Of a stretch of 64,000 nt of DNA, positions 56,996-64,000 are shown piece by piece. Numbering within the stretch: position 1 is the stretch's first letter; each line of letters opens with the position of its first letter. Location: assembly GCA_964511405.1 (NCBI GenBank), contig CAZEFK010000002.1:14172-78171 (forward strand), in the 5' to 3' direction. The notes under the pieces were generated by a model, which saw nothing but the letters and a program-made list of their open reading frames with translations, was not told the origin of the DNA and ran no database searches. This stretch comes from an uncultured Comamonadaceae bacterium (GTDB lineage Bacteria; Pseudomonadota; Alphaproteobacteria; Elsterales; Elsteraceae). A program made the translations under genes and the position numbers.

Positions 56996-57155
56996 TGAAG
57001 GCGCGCCGCATTACGATCGGTCGACGCAACGGCGGGCGGACGCTCGACTTGGCAGGCCGGGATGAACAGCTTCACAGCCTCTCGATGGTTCTCCGCGAGT
57101 TGACCGCGCTCAGCGTCCTGCACAGCCAGGCCATGAAATAGAGACTGAACGCCCG

Positions 57156-57611
57156 ATGCCGGTCTCGACCCTTCTTGTTGCCGCCACAACCGCCTTGGCG
57201 CTCATTGGCCTTGGTGGCGGCCTCTACGAAACCGCGGTGGTCGATCCGGCATGGCCGGCACGGCCCGACATCGTCCAGCCCCAGCGCGGGGGCCTGTCGC
57301 GGAAGCGATTCTGGGCCCCCGCGCACGTCGCCCTGGAGTTCGGCTTGGCCGCATCGCTCGTCGCCGCATGGTCGCACGAAACAGTGCGCGCCTGGCTGAT
57401 CGTCGCGCTCTGCGCCCATGCCGTCATGCGGCTCTGGTCGTTCCTGGATTTCATCCCGAAGGCCATCGCCGTCGAGCGGGCCGCGCCCGACTCGGTCACC
57501 CGGGCGTCCGCGCTGGCCTGGACGCGCCGAAGCCGCCTGCGCTTGCCGCTCGACCTCGTGACCTGCGGCGCGCTGCTGGCGGCCCTCGTCCAGGCCGCAC
57601 AGGTACCCTGA
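57156..57611 (+). CDS. DUF1772-like integral membrane protein
   Basis: 151 aa with four hydrophobic segments. Family call is by overall resemblance only. Confidence 0.5.
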   Translation: MPVSTLLVAATTALALIGLGGGLYETAVVDPAWPARPDIVQPQRGGLSRKRFWAPAHVALEFGLAASLVAAWSHETVRAWLIVALCAHAVMRLWSFLDFIPKAIAVERAAPDSVTRASALAWTRRSRLRLPLDLVTCGALLAALVQAAQVP

Positions 57612-57634
57612 CGGGTCCGGGACCGCGGCGCCGG

Positions 57635-58387
57635 TCAGTTCGGCCGCAGTTCGCCCAGGCACGCGACCTCGGCCGGCGCCGCCAGGGCCCGCTCCCAGAT
57701 CAGCATGGCGCGGTGCTGCACATAGGGGCCCGGGCGGGCCGCCGACCAATGCCGCGGGCTGGGCAGCACCACCGCCAGCGCCGCCGCCTGGGCGGGGCTC
57801 AGGCGCGCTGCCGGGACGCCGAAATCGTGCTGGGCCGCCGCCTCCGCGCCATAGATGCCGGCGCCCCATTCGGCGATGTTGAGATAGACCTCGGCGATCC
57901 GGCGCTTTGGCCACAGGGCCTCCAGCAGCACCGTCAGGTACGCCTCGACGCCCTTGCGCAGCCAGCTCTGGCCCGGCCACAGGAACAGGTTCTTGGCGGT
58001 CTGCTGCGACAGCGTGCTGGCGCCGCGCAGCCGGCCGCCGGCCTCGGCGGTCTCGACCGCCTCGCGGATCGCGCCCCAGTCGAAGCCGTGATGGACGCAG
58101 AAATGCCCGTCCTCCGACGCGACCACGGCGCGCGGCAGCGCCGGCGCGATGCGGTCGAGCGGCGTCCAGCGATAGTCGATACCGATCCCGTCCAGCCGCC
58201 GCAGCAGCATCAGCGGCGTCCCCAGCGGCGGCAGGAAGCGATAGGCCAGCAGCATCGGCACCGGGAGCAGCAGCAGCCCGGCGAGGATCGCGACAGCCGC
58301 CCGCACTCGGCGGCGCAGGCGCGACGGCGGTGCCGGCGGCGCCTCGACCGGCCTGTCTTCGATGTCGTCGACCATGCCCGCTCCCAT
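57635..58387 (-). CDS. mtgA: Monofunctional biosynthetic peptidoglycan transglycosylase
   Basis: GT51 motifs [14 protein letters not shown] and [18 protein letters not shown]-terminal TM anchor. Start at 58387 or 58375. Confidence 0.85.
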   Translation of the reverse strand: MGAGMVDDIEDRPVEAPPAPPSRLRRRVRAAVAILAGLLLLPVPMLLAYRFLPPLGTPLMLLRRLDGIGIDYRWTPLDRIAPALPRAVVASEDGHFCVHHGFDWGAIREAVETAEAGGRLRGASTLSQQTAKNLFLWPGQSWLRKGVEAYLTVLLEALWPKRRIAEVYLNIAEWGAGIYGAEAAAQHDFGVPAARLSPAQAAALAVVLPSPRHWSAARPGPYVQHRAMLIWERALAAPAEVACLGELRPN

Positions 58388-58507
58388 CAGGGGTCCGCGA
58401 TCAAGCCGGCCGGATGTGGCACAATTTTGGTCGGCCTCGCGAAAACGCCTGACCCCGCCCGTCCGCCTGCGCTAAGTCATCCTTCTGTCCAAATGGGGAC
58501 TTGCCCG

Positions 58508-59842
58508 ATGACGCTCGCCGCCCTGGCTGCCGACCTCGCCGCCGGCCGTACCACCGCCGCCGCCCTCGCCGAGCAGGCGCTTGATGCGATCGCCGACCCC
58601 GCCGGCGAAGGGGCGCGCACCTTCGTCTCGGTCCAGGCCGACGCCGCGCGCGCCGCCGCCGCGGCCAGCGACCGTCTGCGCGCGTCGGGCATGGTGCCGT
58701 CGCCGCTGGCCGGCATCCCGATTTCGGTCAAGGACCTGTTCGACATCGCCGGCCTGCCGACCACGGCAGGGTCGGTGGCGCTGGCCGATGCGCCGCCGGC
58801 GGCGGCCGACGCCCCGGTCGTCGCCCGACTGCGCGCATCAGGCGCCGTGATCCCCGGCCGCACCAACATGACCGAATTCGCCTTCTCGGGCATCGGCCTC
58901 AACCCCCATTACGGCACGCCGCGCAATCCGTGGGACCGCGCGACCGGGCGCATCCCGGGCGGGTCGTCGTCGGGGGCGGCGGTTTCGGTCACCGACGGCA
59001 TGGCCGCCGCCGGGATCGGCACCGACACCGGCGGGTCGGTGCGGATTCCGGCGGCGCTGTGCGGCCTGACCGGGTTCAAGCCGACGGCGCGGCGGGTGCC
59101 GCGCGACGGCGTGGTGCCGCTGTCGGCCAGCCTCGATTCGATCGGGCCGCTGGCGCCCAGCGTCGCCTGCTGCGCCCTGCTTGATGCGGTGATCGCGGGT
59201 GAGCCGCCGCGGCCGCTGCGCCCGCCGGTTCTCGCCGGCCTGCGCCTGGCGGTGCCGCAGACGGTCGTGCTCGACGACATGGACGCGGCCGTGGCGGCCG
59301 CCTTCGCGCGCGCGCTGGACCGCCTGTCGGCGGCCGGGGTCCTGATCCTGGAGCGGCGGATGCCGGTGTTCGCCGAGGTCCTGCAGGCAACCGGCCGCGG
59401 CGGGCTGGTCGCCGCCGAGGCCTATGCCTGGCACCGCAGCCTGCTGGCCCGCGCCGCCGACCGCTACGACCCCTGGGTGCTGACGCGGATCCGCCGTGCC
59501 GAGCAGCAGAGCGCCGCCGACTATGTCGACGTCCTGAATGCCCGCACCAGCCTGATCGCTCAGGCCGACCAAGCCACCCGCGAGGTCGACGCCGTCGTCA
59601 TGCCGACCGTGCCGACGGTGGCGCCGACCATTGCCGCCTGTTCCGACGCCGACGGCTTCACCCGCCACAATTTGCTGATGCTGCGCAACACGTCGCTCGG
59701 CAATTTCCTGGACCGCTGCGCCATCTCGCTGCCCTGCCACCGCCCGGGCGAGGCGCCGGTCGGGCTGATGCTGATGGGCGAAACCGGCGCCGATCACGCG
59801 CTGCTGGACCTCGCCGCCGCCGTCGAAGCCGTGCTCGCCTGA
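58508..59842 (+). CDS. Amidase (amidase-signature family)
   Basis: 444 aa from the ATG at 58508. SVKDLFD (Lys) and GGSSSGAAVSV signature. The upstream 419 aa of the track ORF are artefact. Confidence 0.85.
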   Translation: MTLAALAADLAAGRTTAAALAEQALDAIADPAGEGARTFVSVQADAARAAAAASDRLRASGMVPSPLAGIPISVKDLFDIAGLPTTAGSVALADAPPAAADAPVVARLRASGAVIPGRTNMTEFAFSGIGLNPHYGTPRNPWDRATGRIPGGSSSGAAVSVTDGMAAAGIGTDTGGSVRIPAALCGLTGFKPTARRVPRDGVVPLSASLDSIGPLAPSVACCALLDAVIAGEPPRPLRPPVLAGLRLAVPQTVVLDDMDAAVAAAFARALDRLSAAGVLILERRMPVFAEVLQATGRGGLVAAEAYAWHRSLLARAADRYDPWVLTRIRRAEQQSAADYVDVLNARTSLIAQADQATREVDAVVMPTVPTVAPTIAACSDADGFTRHNLLMLRNTSLGNFLDRCAISLPCHRPGEAPVGLMLMGETGADHALLDLAAAVEAVLA

Positions 59843-59860
59843 GCCTGAGGAGGTCCGATC

Positions 59861-61471
59861 ATGGCGGCTGTCCAGGCCTATCGACCGCTGATCATGGGCC
59901 GTCGCGGCGCCGTGGCGGCCAACCATCCGCTGGCGGCCCAGGCCGGGCTGATGACCCTGCGCGCCGGCGGCAGCGCCGTCGACGCCGCCGTGTCGGTGGC
60001 GCTGGCCCTGGCCGTGGTCGAGCCGCACATGTCGGGCCTGGGCGGCGACGCCTTCTATCACGTGTGGGACGCCGCTTCCGGCCGCGCCGTGGTGTTCAAC
60101 GGCACCGGCCCGGCGCCCGACGCGGCGACGCCCGAGCGCTATGCCGCCGGCATCCCGCCGACCGGACCGCTCAGCGTCTCGGTGCCGGGCATGGTCGGCG
60201 CGCTCGGGGACATGCATGCCGCCCATGGCCGCCTGCCCTGGGCGGCCCTGTTCGACGCCGCCATCCATTACGCCGCCGAGGGCTTCGGCGCGACCCACGC
60301 CTATCGCCACTTCGCCGGCATGGTCGCCCCGGCCCTGGCCGCCGACCCGCATGCTCGCGCCACGCTGCTCCATGACGGGCAGGTCCCGCGCCTGGCTGCG
60401 CCGGTGCGCCAGCCGGTCCTGGCGCGCACCCTGCAGGAGCTTGCCACCGAGGGCGCCGACGCGTTCTATCGGGGCGACCTGGGCCAACGCCTGGCCGCGG
60501 ACCTGGGCGCCCTGGGCGCCCTGATCACGGCCGACGACCTGGCCGCCTACCGGCCGGAGCGCCAGACACCGATCGAGGTCGGCTATCGCGGCCACGTGGT
60601 GCGCCAGGCGCCGCCCAACTCGACCGGCTGGGTGGTGCTGCAGCAGCTCAAGCTGGCCGAGCAGTTCGATCTGGGCGCGCTGGAGCCCGGCTCGCCCGAC
60701 CTGATCCACCTGCTGGTCGAGATCAAGAAGCTGGCGTTCCTGGACCGCGAGCGCTACGGCGCCGATCCGCGCTTCGCCGAGACGCCGCTCGACCACCTGC
60801 TGTCCGATGCCTATGCCGCCGAGCAAGCCCAGCGCATCGATCGCCGGCGGGCGATCGCGCGCGCCGGCGGTCCGGAGAGCGGCGGCGACACCACCTATTT
60901 TGCGGTGGTCGACGGCGCCGGCAATGCCGTGTCGGCGATCCAGAGCCTGAACAACGGCTTCGGGGCCGCGACCGTGTCAGGCTCGACCGGGATCCTGCTC
61001 AACAACCGCATGGCCTACTGGCACCTGGAGCCGGGCCACCCCAACCGCCTGGCGCCGGGCAAGCGGGTCCGCCATACCATGAACCCGCCGATGGTGTTCA
61101 AGGACGGGGCGCTGTGGGCGGTGTTCGGCACGCCGGGCGCCGATTTCCAGGTGCAAGTGAACCTGCAGGTCGCCACGGCCATGATCGATTTCGGCCTGGA
61201 CCCGCAGGCCGCCGTCGAGGCGCCGCGCTGGGCGAGCGTCGAGCGGGGCCAAGCCGCCAACCATCCGCACACCGGCGAGCCCGGCCTGAGCCTGGAATCG
61301 CGCTTCGGCGAGGCGGTGATCCAGGACTTGGCCGCGCGCGGCCACCCTGTCGTTCGCCTCGGCCCCCTGGACGGCCCCTGCAGCGTCGAGGTCATCCGGT
61401 CGGAGCCGGCGACCGGCATGCTGATCGCCGGCTCCGATCCGCGCCGGGACGGCTGGGCCCTCGCTTACTGA
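59861..61471 (+). CDS. Gamma-glutamyltransferase family protein
   Basis: 536 aa with GAGGAGG RBS. Autoprocessing/nucleophile region GGDTTYFAVVD. No obvious signal peptide. Confidence 0.85.
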   Translation: MAAVQAYRPLIMGRRGAVAANHPLAAQAGLMTLRAGGSAVDAAVSVALALAVVEPHMSGLGGDAFYHVWDAASGRAVVFNGTGPAPDAATPERYAAGIPPTGPLSVSVPGMVGALGDMHAAHGRLPWAALFDAAIHYAAEGFGATHAYRHFAGMVAPALAADPHARATLLHDGQVPRLAAPVRQPVLARTLQELATEGADAFYRGDLGQRLAADLGALGALITADDLAAYRPERQTPIEVGYRGHVVRQAPPNSTGWVVLQQLKLAEQFDLGALEPGSPDLIHLLVEIKKLAFLDRERYGADPRFAETPLDHLLSDAYAAEQAQRIDRRRAIARAGGPESGGDTTYFAVVDGAGNAVSAIQSLNNGFGAATVSGSTGILLNNRMAYWHLEPGHPNRLAPGKRVRHTMNPPMVFKDGALWAVFGTPGADFQVQVNLQVATAMIDFGLDPQAAVEAPRWASVERGQAANHPHTGEPGLSLESRFGEAVIQDLAARGHPVVRLGPLDGPCSVEVIRSEPATGMLIAGSDPRRDGWALAY

Positions 61472-61489
61472 GGGTCCAGCGCCTCCCGG

Positions 61490-61858
61490 TCAGTCCATCT
61501 CGGCCGAGGTGGTGTTCGAGCCCTTGTCGTACTTCAGCTTGATCGTGTTGACGGTGCAGACGTCGATGCCGGTCCAGACGTCGTCGGCGCTGCCGTCGGC
61601 CCACACGACCTTCAGGTCCCACTTGCAGGACTTGCCGTCGCTCTTGCCGAAGGTGATCCGGACCGACTGGCCGTTCGCCAGCGGACTGTCGATCTCGCTG
61701 GGATAGCCCCAGGTCGTCGAGGCCGTGGTGTCCATGTAGATGGCTTTGATGTCGTAGCCGGTAGCGTTGATCAGGTCGAAATCGCGGTTGTCGGCGAAGG
61801 ACGGCGACGACATCAGCAGGCTGGCCGCGGCCAGCGCGGGAATGGCGAACTTATTCAC
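61490..61858 (-). CDS. Small secreted Cys-containing protein (122 aa), conserved-hypothetical type
   Basis: GTG start at 61858 with GGAGGG RBS. Signal NKFAIPALAAASLLMSSPSFA. DFDLINATGYDIKAIYMD...CKWDLKVVWADG...CTVNTIKL pattern. Noticeably lower G+C than its neighbours. Confidence 0.65.
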   Translation of the reverse strand: MNKFAIPALAAASLLMSSPSFADNRDFDLINATGYDIKAIYMDTTASTTWGYPSEIDSPLANGQSVRITFGKSDGKSCKWDLKVVWADGSADDVWTGIDVCTVNTIKLKYDKGSNTTSAEMD

Positions 61859-61956
61859 GAGAGCCCTCCGAGGATGGATCGCGAGAGGCTTGAACCGCCC
61901 CTTCAGGAGGCCAGGCTGAGCCATCGGAGCGCCGCGGTCAAATTAATTGATGTCGG

Positions 61957-62637
61957 TCAATATTCAGCACCCACCCGGGCCTGCGCGGGCCAGAACCGCT
62001 CCAGCCCGGCGGCCCCGGCCTCGGTCAAGCGGTAGACACCGCGCTCGACCCGCTCGAACCAGCCATAGACGTCATCCCGCAGGATCCGGGCGGCATTGGG
62101 CATGCCAGCGGCGCGCAGGGCCGCCGGGCGGGTCGGGCCGGTCTCGGCCAGGTGGCGGGCGCAGGCCAGCGCCTCCTGGCGATAGGCGGTCATGCGCGCG
62201 CCCGCCGGGCTGCCGCCCGGGTGGGGATCGCCGCTGCGTCGGGCATGTTCGCCCAGCAGGCGGCGACGGCGCTTGGCGTTCTGGCGCGGCCGGTAGGGCA
62301 GCGGGTCGACCACGGCCTCGACCGGCCGCGGCCCGTCGACCGATACGGCCAGCAAACCCAGGCCCAGGCGCCGGCACAGCCGCCGCACCTGCGGGTCGTC
62401 GGGCGAGCGCGCGCCGCGCACCCGCGGCACGGCGAGATAGACAGCGTCGGTCAGGGCCAGCCGGTCGACACCTTGCAGCACCAGTTCCAGGCTGAAGCGC
62501 TGCTTGAGCTCGACGATCACCGGCGGCTCGTCGCCGCGCACGGCGACGACGTCGCAGCCCGTGATCTCGCCTTTGACGGCATAGCCCTGGGCTTCGAGAT
62601 AGGCCTTAACCGGCAGGTACAGGTCGGTCTCGCGCAT
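61957..62637 (-). CDS. DUF2161-type putative PD-(D/E)XK phosphodiesterase with C-terminal winged-helix-like region
   Basis: 226 aa. MRETDLYLPVKAYLEAQGYAVKGEITGCDVVAVRGDEPPVIVELK contains a D...E-x-K arrangement. Confidence 0.65.
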   Translation of the reverse strand: MRETDLYLPVKAYLEAQGYAVKGEITGCDVVAVRGDEPPVIVELKQRFSLELVLQGVDRLALTDAVYLAVPRVRGARSPDDPQVRRLCRRLGLGLLAVSVDGPRPVEAVVDPLPYRPRQNAKRRRRLLGEHARRSGDPHPGGSPAGARMTAYRQEALACARHLAETGPTRPAALRAAGMPNAARILRDDVYGWFERVERGVYRLTEAGAAGLERFWPAQARVGAEY

Positions 62638-62709
62638 GGCCCGATTCGCGAGCCGGAATGCCCCGGCGATCAGCCCCGCCGCCGAGATCAGCGGCGGCGG
62701 GGTTGATCG

Positions 62710-63315
62710 TCAGCGGACGCGATGGGCGATGCGGTGGACCAGGCGGTTGCCGCGGCCGCGGGCGACCGCCGTGCGGCGCCGCTTGGTGTAGGCCACCTTG
62801 GTGACGCGCTCGGCGACCGCCGGCGTGAAGCCGCCGCCCAGCGGATGGATGAACCCGGCCACCGGATAATCGGTCACGCCCATCGAGCCGGTCTGCGGGT
62901 AGGACACGCGCACCTGGCTCCAGTCATTGGCCGGCGAGGTGTCGACCACCAGCTGCGACAGCGCCACCCGACCCTTGTGCCGGCGGTCCGAGGCCCAATT
63001 GGCATGATCGACCAGCACCGAGCGGTCGTCGAGCAGCCGGCGCACCAGGGCGACATGGCCGGACGGCATATGGCGGGTCGGCTCGAACACCATGACCGCG
63101 CCGGGTGCTGGCTGGTTGTCGCGGGGATAGACGCCCGCGGCATTATCCCACCAGTCCCCGGCATTGCCGCTGACATGGACCGCCGATGCTCGCTGCACGA
63201 ACTGAACGCACTGTTCGGCAGCCGCCGGTTGCGCGAAGGCCAATAGCCCCACGATTCCGACCGCTGCCAGGACGACTCGCGATCGGAGGGAAGTTTTTTC
63301 GTTTGTCAAGACCAA
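62710..63315 (-). CDS. CHAP domain-containing exported protein
   Basis: Signal VVLAAVGIVGLLAFAQPAAA. Catalytic candidates QCVQFV (Cys) and SGHVALV (His). TTG start at 63315 or 63309 (AGAGGA RBS). Confidence 0.7.
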   Translation of the reverse strand: MVLTNEKTSLRSRVVLAAVGIVGLLAFAQPAAAEQCVQFVQRASAVHVSGNAGDWWDNAAGVYPRDNQPAPGAVMVFEPTRHMPSGHVALVRRLLDDRSVLVDHANWASDRRHKGRVALSQLVVDTSPANDWSQVRVSYPQTGSMGVTDYPVAGFIHPLGGGFTPAVAERVTKVAYTKRRRTAVARGRGNRLVHRIAHRVR

Positions 63316-63421
63316 TCCTCTGATCTCCCCCGCATACCGACCCTGCGGGAAATAGCACAGTGCACTGCGTTATGGACAGCCTTTTTGACGCCTGTCACAC
63401 GAATGTTGTGTTAAAAATTAC

Positions 63422-64000
63422 CTATTCAGACCGGCGCAGGCTGCCGACGACGCCGGCCGGGAAGAAATAGACGCTCAAGATGAACAGCACGCCCAGCCAC
63501 AGCAGCCACCGGTCGGGATGGACCAGCGCGGCGATCGCGCCAAACTCGGCCAGGCCCTGCGCCGCAGACGCCATGGCATCCTGCAAGTAATTCTCGGCCA
63601 GGACGAAGAGCGTTGCACCGATGACGGCGCCGGACAGCGTGCCCATGCCGCCGATCACCACCATCAGCAGGATGTTCAACATGATCGCGAAGCTCAGAGT
63701 CGTATCGGGGCCGACATAGCGCAGCCACAGCGCATTGACCCCACCGGCGGCCGCAGCCACCACCGCCGCGATGACGGTGGCCAGGGACCGGTAGACCACG
63801 GCGCGGTATCCCAGTGCCTCAGCCCGGAACCCGTTCTCGCGAATCGCCTGCAGCACGCGTCCGAACGGCGAGCCGACGACGCGCCGCAGCAGCAGGAACA
63901 GGGCCAGCGATGCGGCCAGGACCAGGTAGTAGGTGATCAGCCGGCCATTGACCGTGGTCCCCAGGACCGGCCGCGGCAGCAGGCGGAAGCTGGGTTGCAG
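63422..64000 (-). CDS. Branched-chain amino acid ABC transporter permease (LivM-like), C-terminal part, runs off the window
   Basis: The frame is open to the window edge. IGGMGTLSGAVIGATLFVLAENYL and the terminal hydrophobic segments are typical of LivM. Confidence 0.8.
   Translation of the reverse strand: MQPSFRLLPRPVLGTTVNGRLITYYLVLAASLALFLLLRRVVGSPFGRVLQAIRENGFRAEALGYRAVVYRSLATVIAAVVAAAAGGVNALWLRYVGPDTTLSFAIMLNILLMVVIGGMGTLSGAVIGATLFVLAENYLQDAMASAAQGLAEFGAIAALVHPDRWLLWLGVLFILSVYFFPAGVVGSLRRSE

Noticed and set aside
56941-57141. 66-aa + strand ORF in the 259-nt gap
   Set aside because: No RBS, no family, and an Arg/Gly-rich composition. The gap is better explained as non-coding with a hairpin.
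57251-59842. 863-aa + strand ORF treated as one gene, and the 662-aa - strand ORF at 58838-60826
   Set aside because: Only the last 444 codons (from the ATG at 58508) are amidase. The upstream part is antisense to mtgA. The minus-strand ORF is a shadow of the amidase and GGT genes.

Overview
Very GC-rich (roughly 65-70% G+C by eye, not computed), gene-dense chromosomal segment whose protein families look alphaproteobacterial. I call about 62 protein-coding genes. I recognised no rRNA, tRNA, CRISPR array, transposase or integrase. All family assignments are by-eye motif recognition, not database searches.

Content, left to right:
- GntR regulator followed by a peptide-type ABC (family-5 SBP plus a permease fragment), then a Gfo/Idh/MocA oxidoreductase.
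- A minus-strand GNAT-MCP-GNAT-MFS module abutting a 5'-truncated marC remnant.
- An HU protein with a Lys/Ala/Pro tail.
- A YkuD-like::AstE/AspA (M14) fusion protein.
- An exported, tightly coupled DUF1800 / DUF1501 / small STN-like trio.
- An IMPase-family gene convergent with hisE, then a metallophosphoesterase.
- An FrcBCA-like sugar ABC and a second MCP.
- Three paralogous GT-A (GT2-like) genes, one on the + strand and two tandem on the - strand, bracketing a CUT2 sugar ABC operon. The tandem pair is the distal end of a translationally coupled SBP5 -> CocE/NonD -> GT -> GT operon, which is preceded by a large DUF2786-type protein.
- A PAS(DUF1457)/MscS divergent pair.
- A NitT/TauT-type ABC plus FAD oxidoreductase, CaiB-like CoA-transferase, crotonase and 7Fe ferredoxin operon.
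- A BrnT/BrnA toxin-antitoxin pair.
- LysR, an Ada-AlkA fusion coupled to a PEP-mutase-family gene, and a lipoprotein.
- A solitary Phd-like antitoxin after cardiolipin synthase.
- An amidohydrolase and a 2OG oxygenase convergent with a TPR-GT41 protein.
- SDR, polysaccharide deacetylase, 2-hydroxyacid dehydrogenase, mtgA, amidase, GGT, a small secreted protein, a DUF2161 PD-(D/E)XK protein, a CHAP protein and a LivM fragment.

Many very long ORFs in the six-frame track (opposite strand or alternate frame, Arg/Gly/Pro/Ala-rich) are GC-driven artefacts.

The candidates I consider most worth follow-up are the SBP5-CocE-GT-GT operon with its mosaic tandem paralogs, the DUF1800/DUF1501/STN-like trio, the YkuD::M14 fusion and the DUF2786-type protein.
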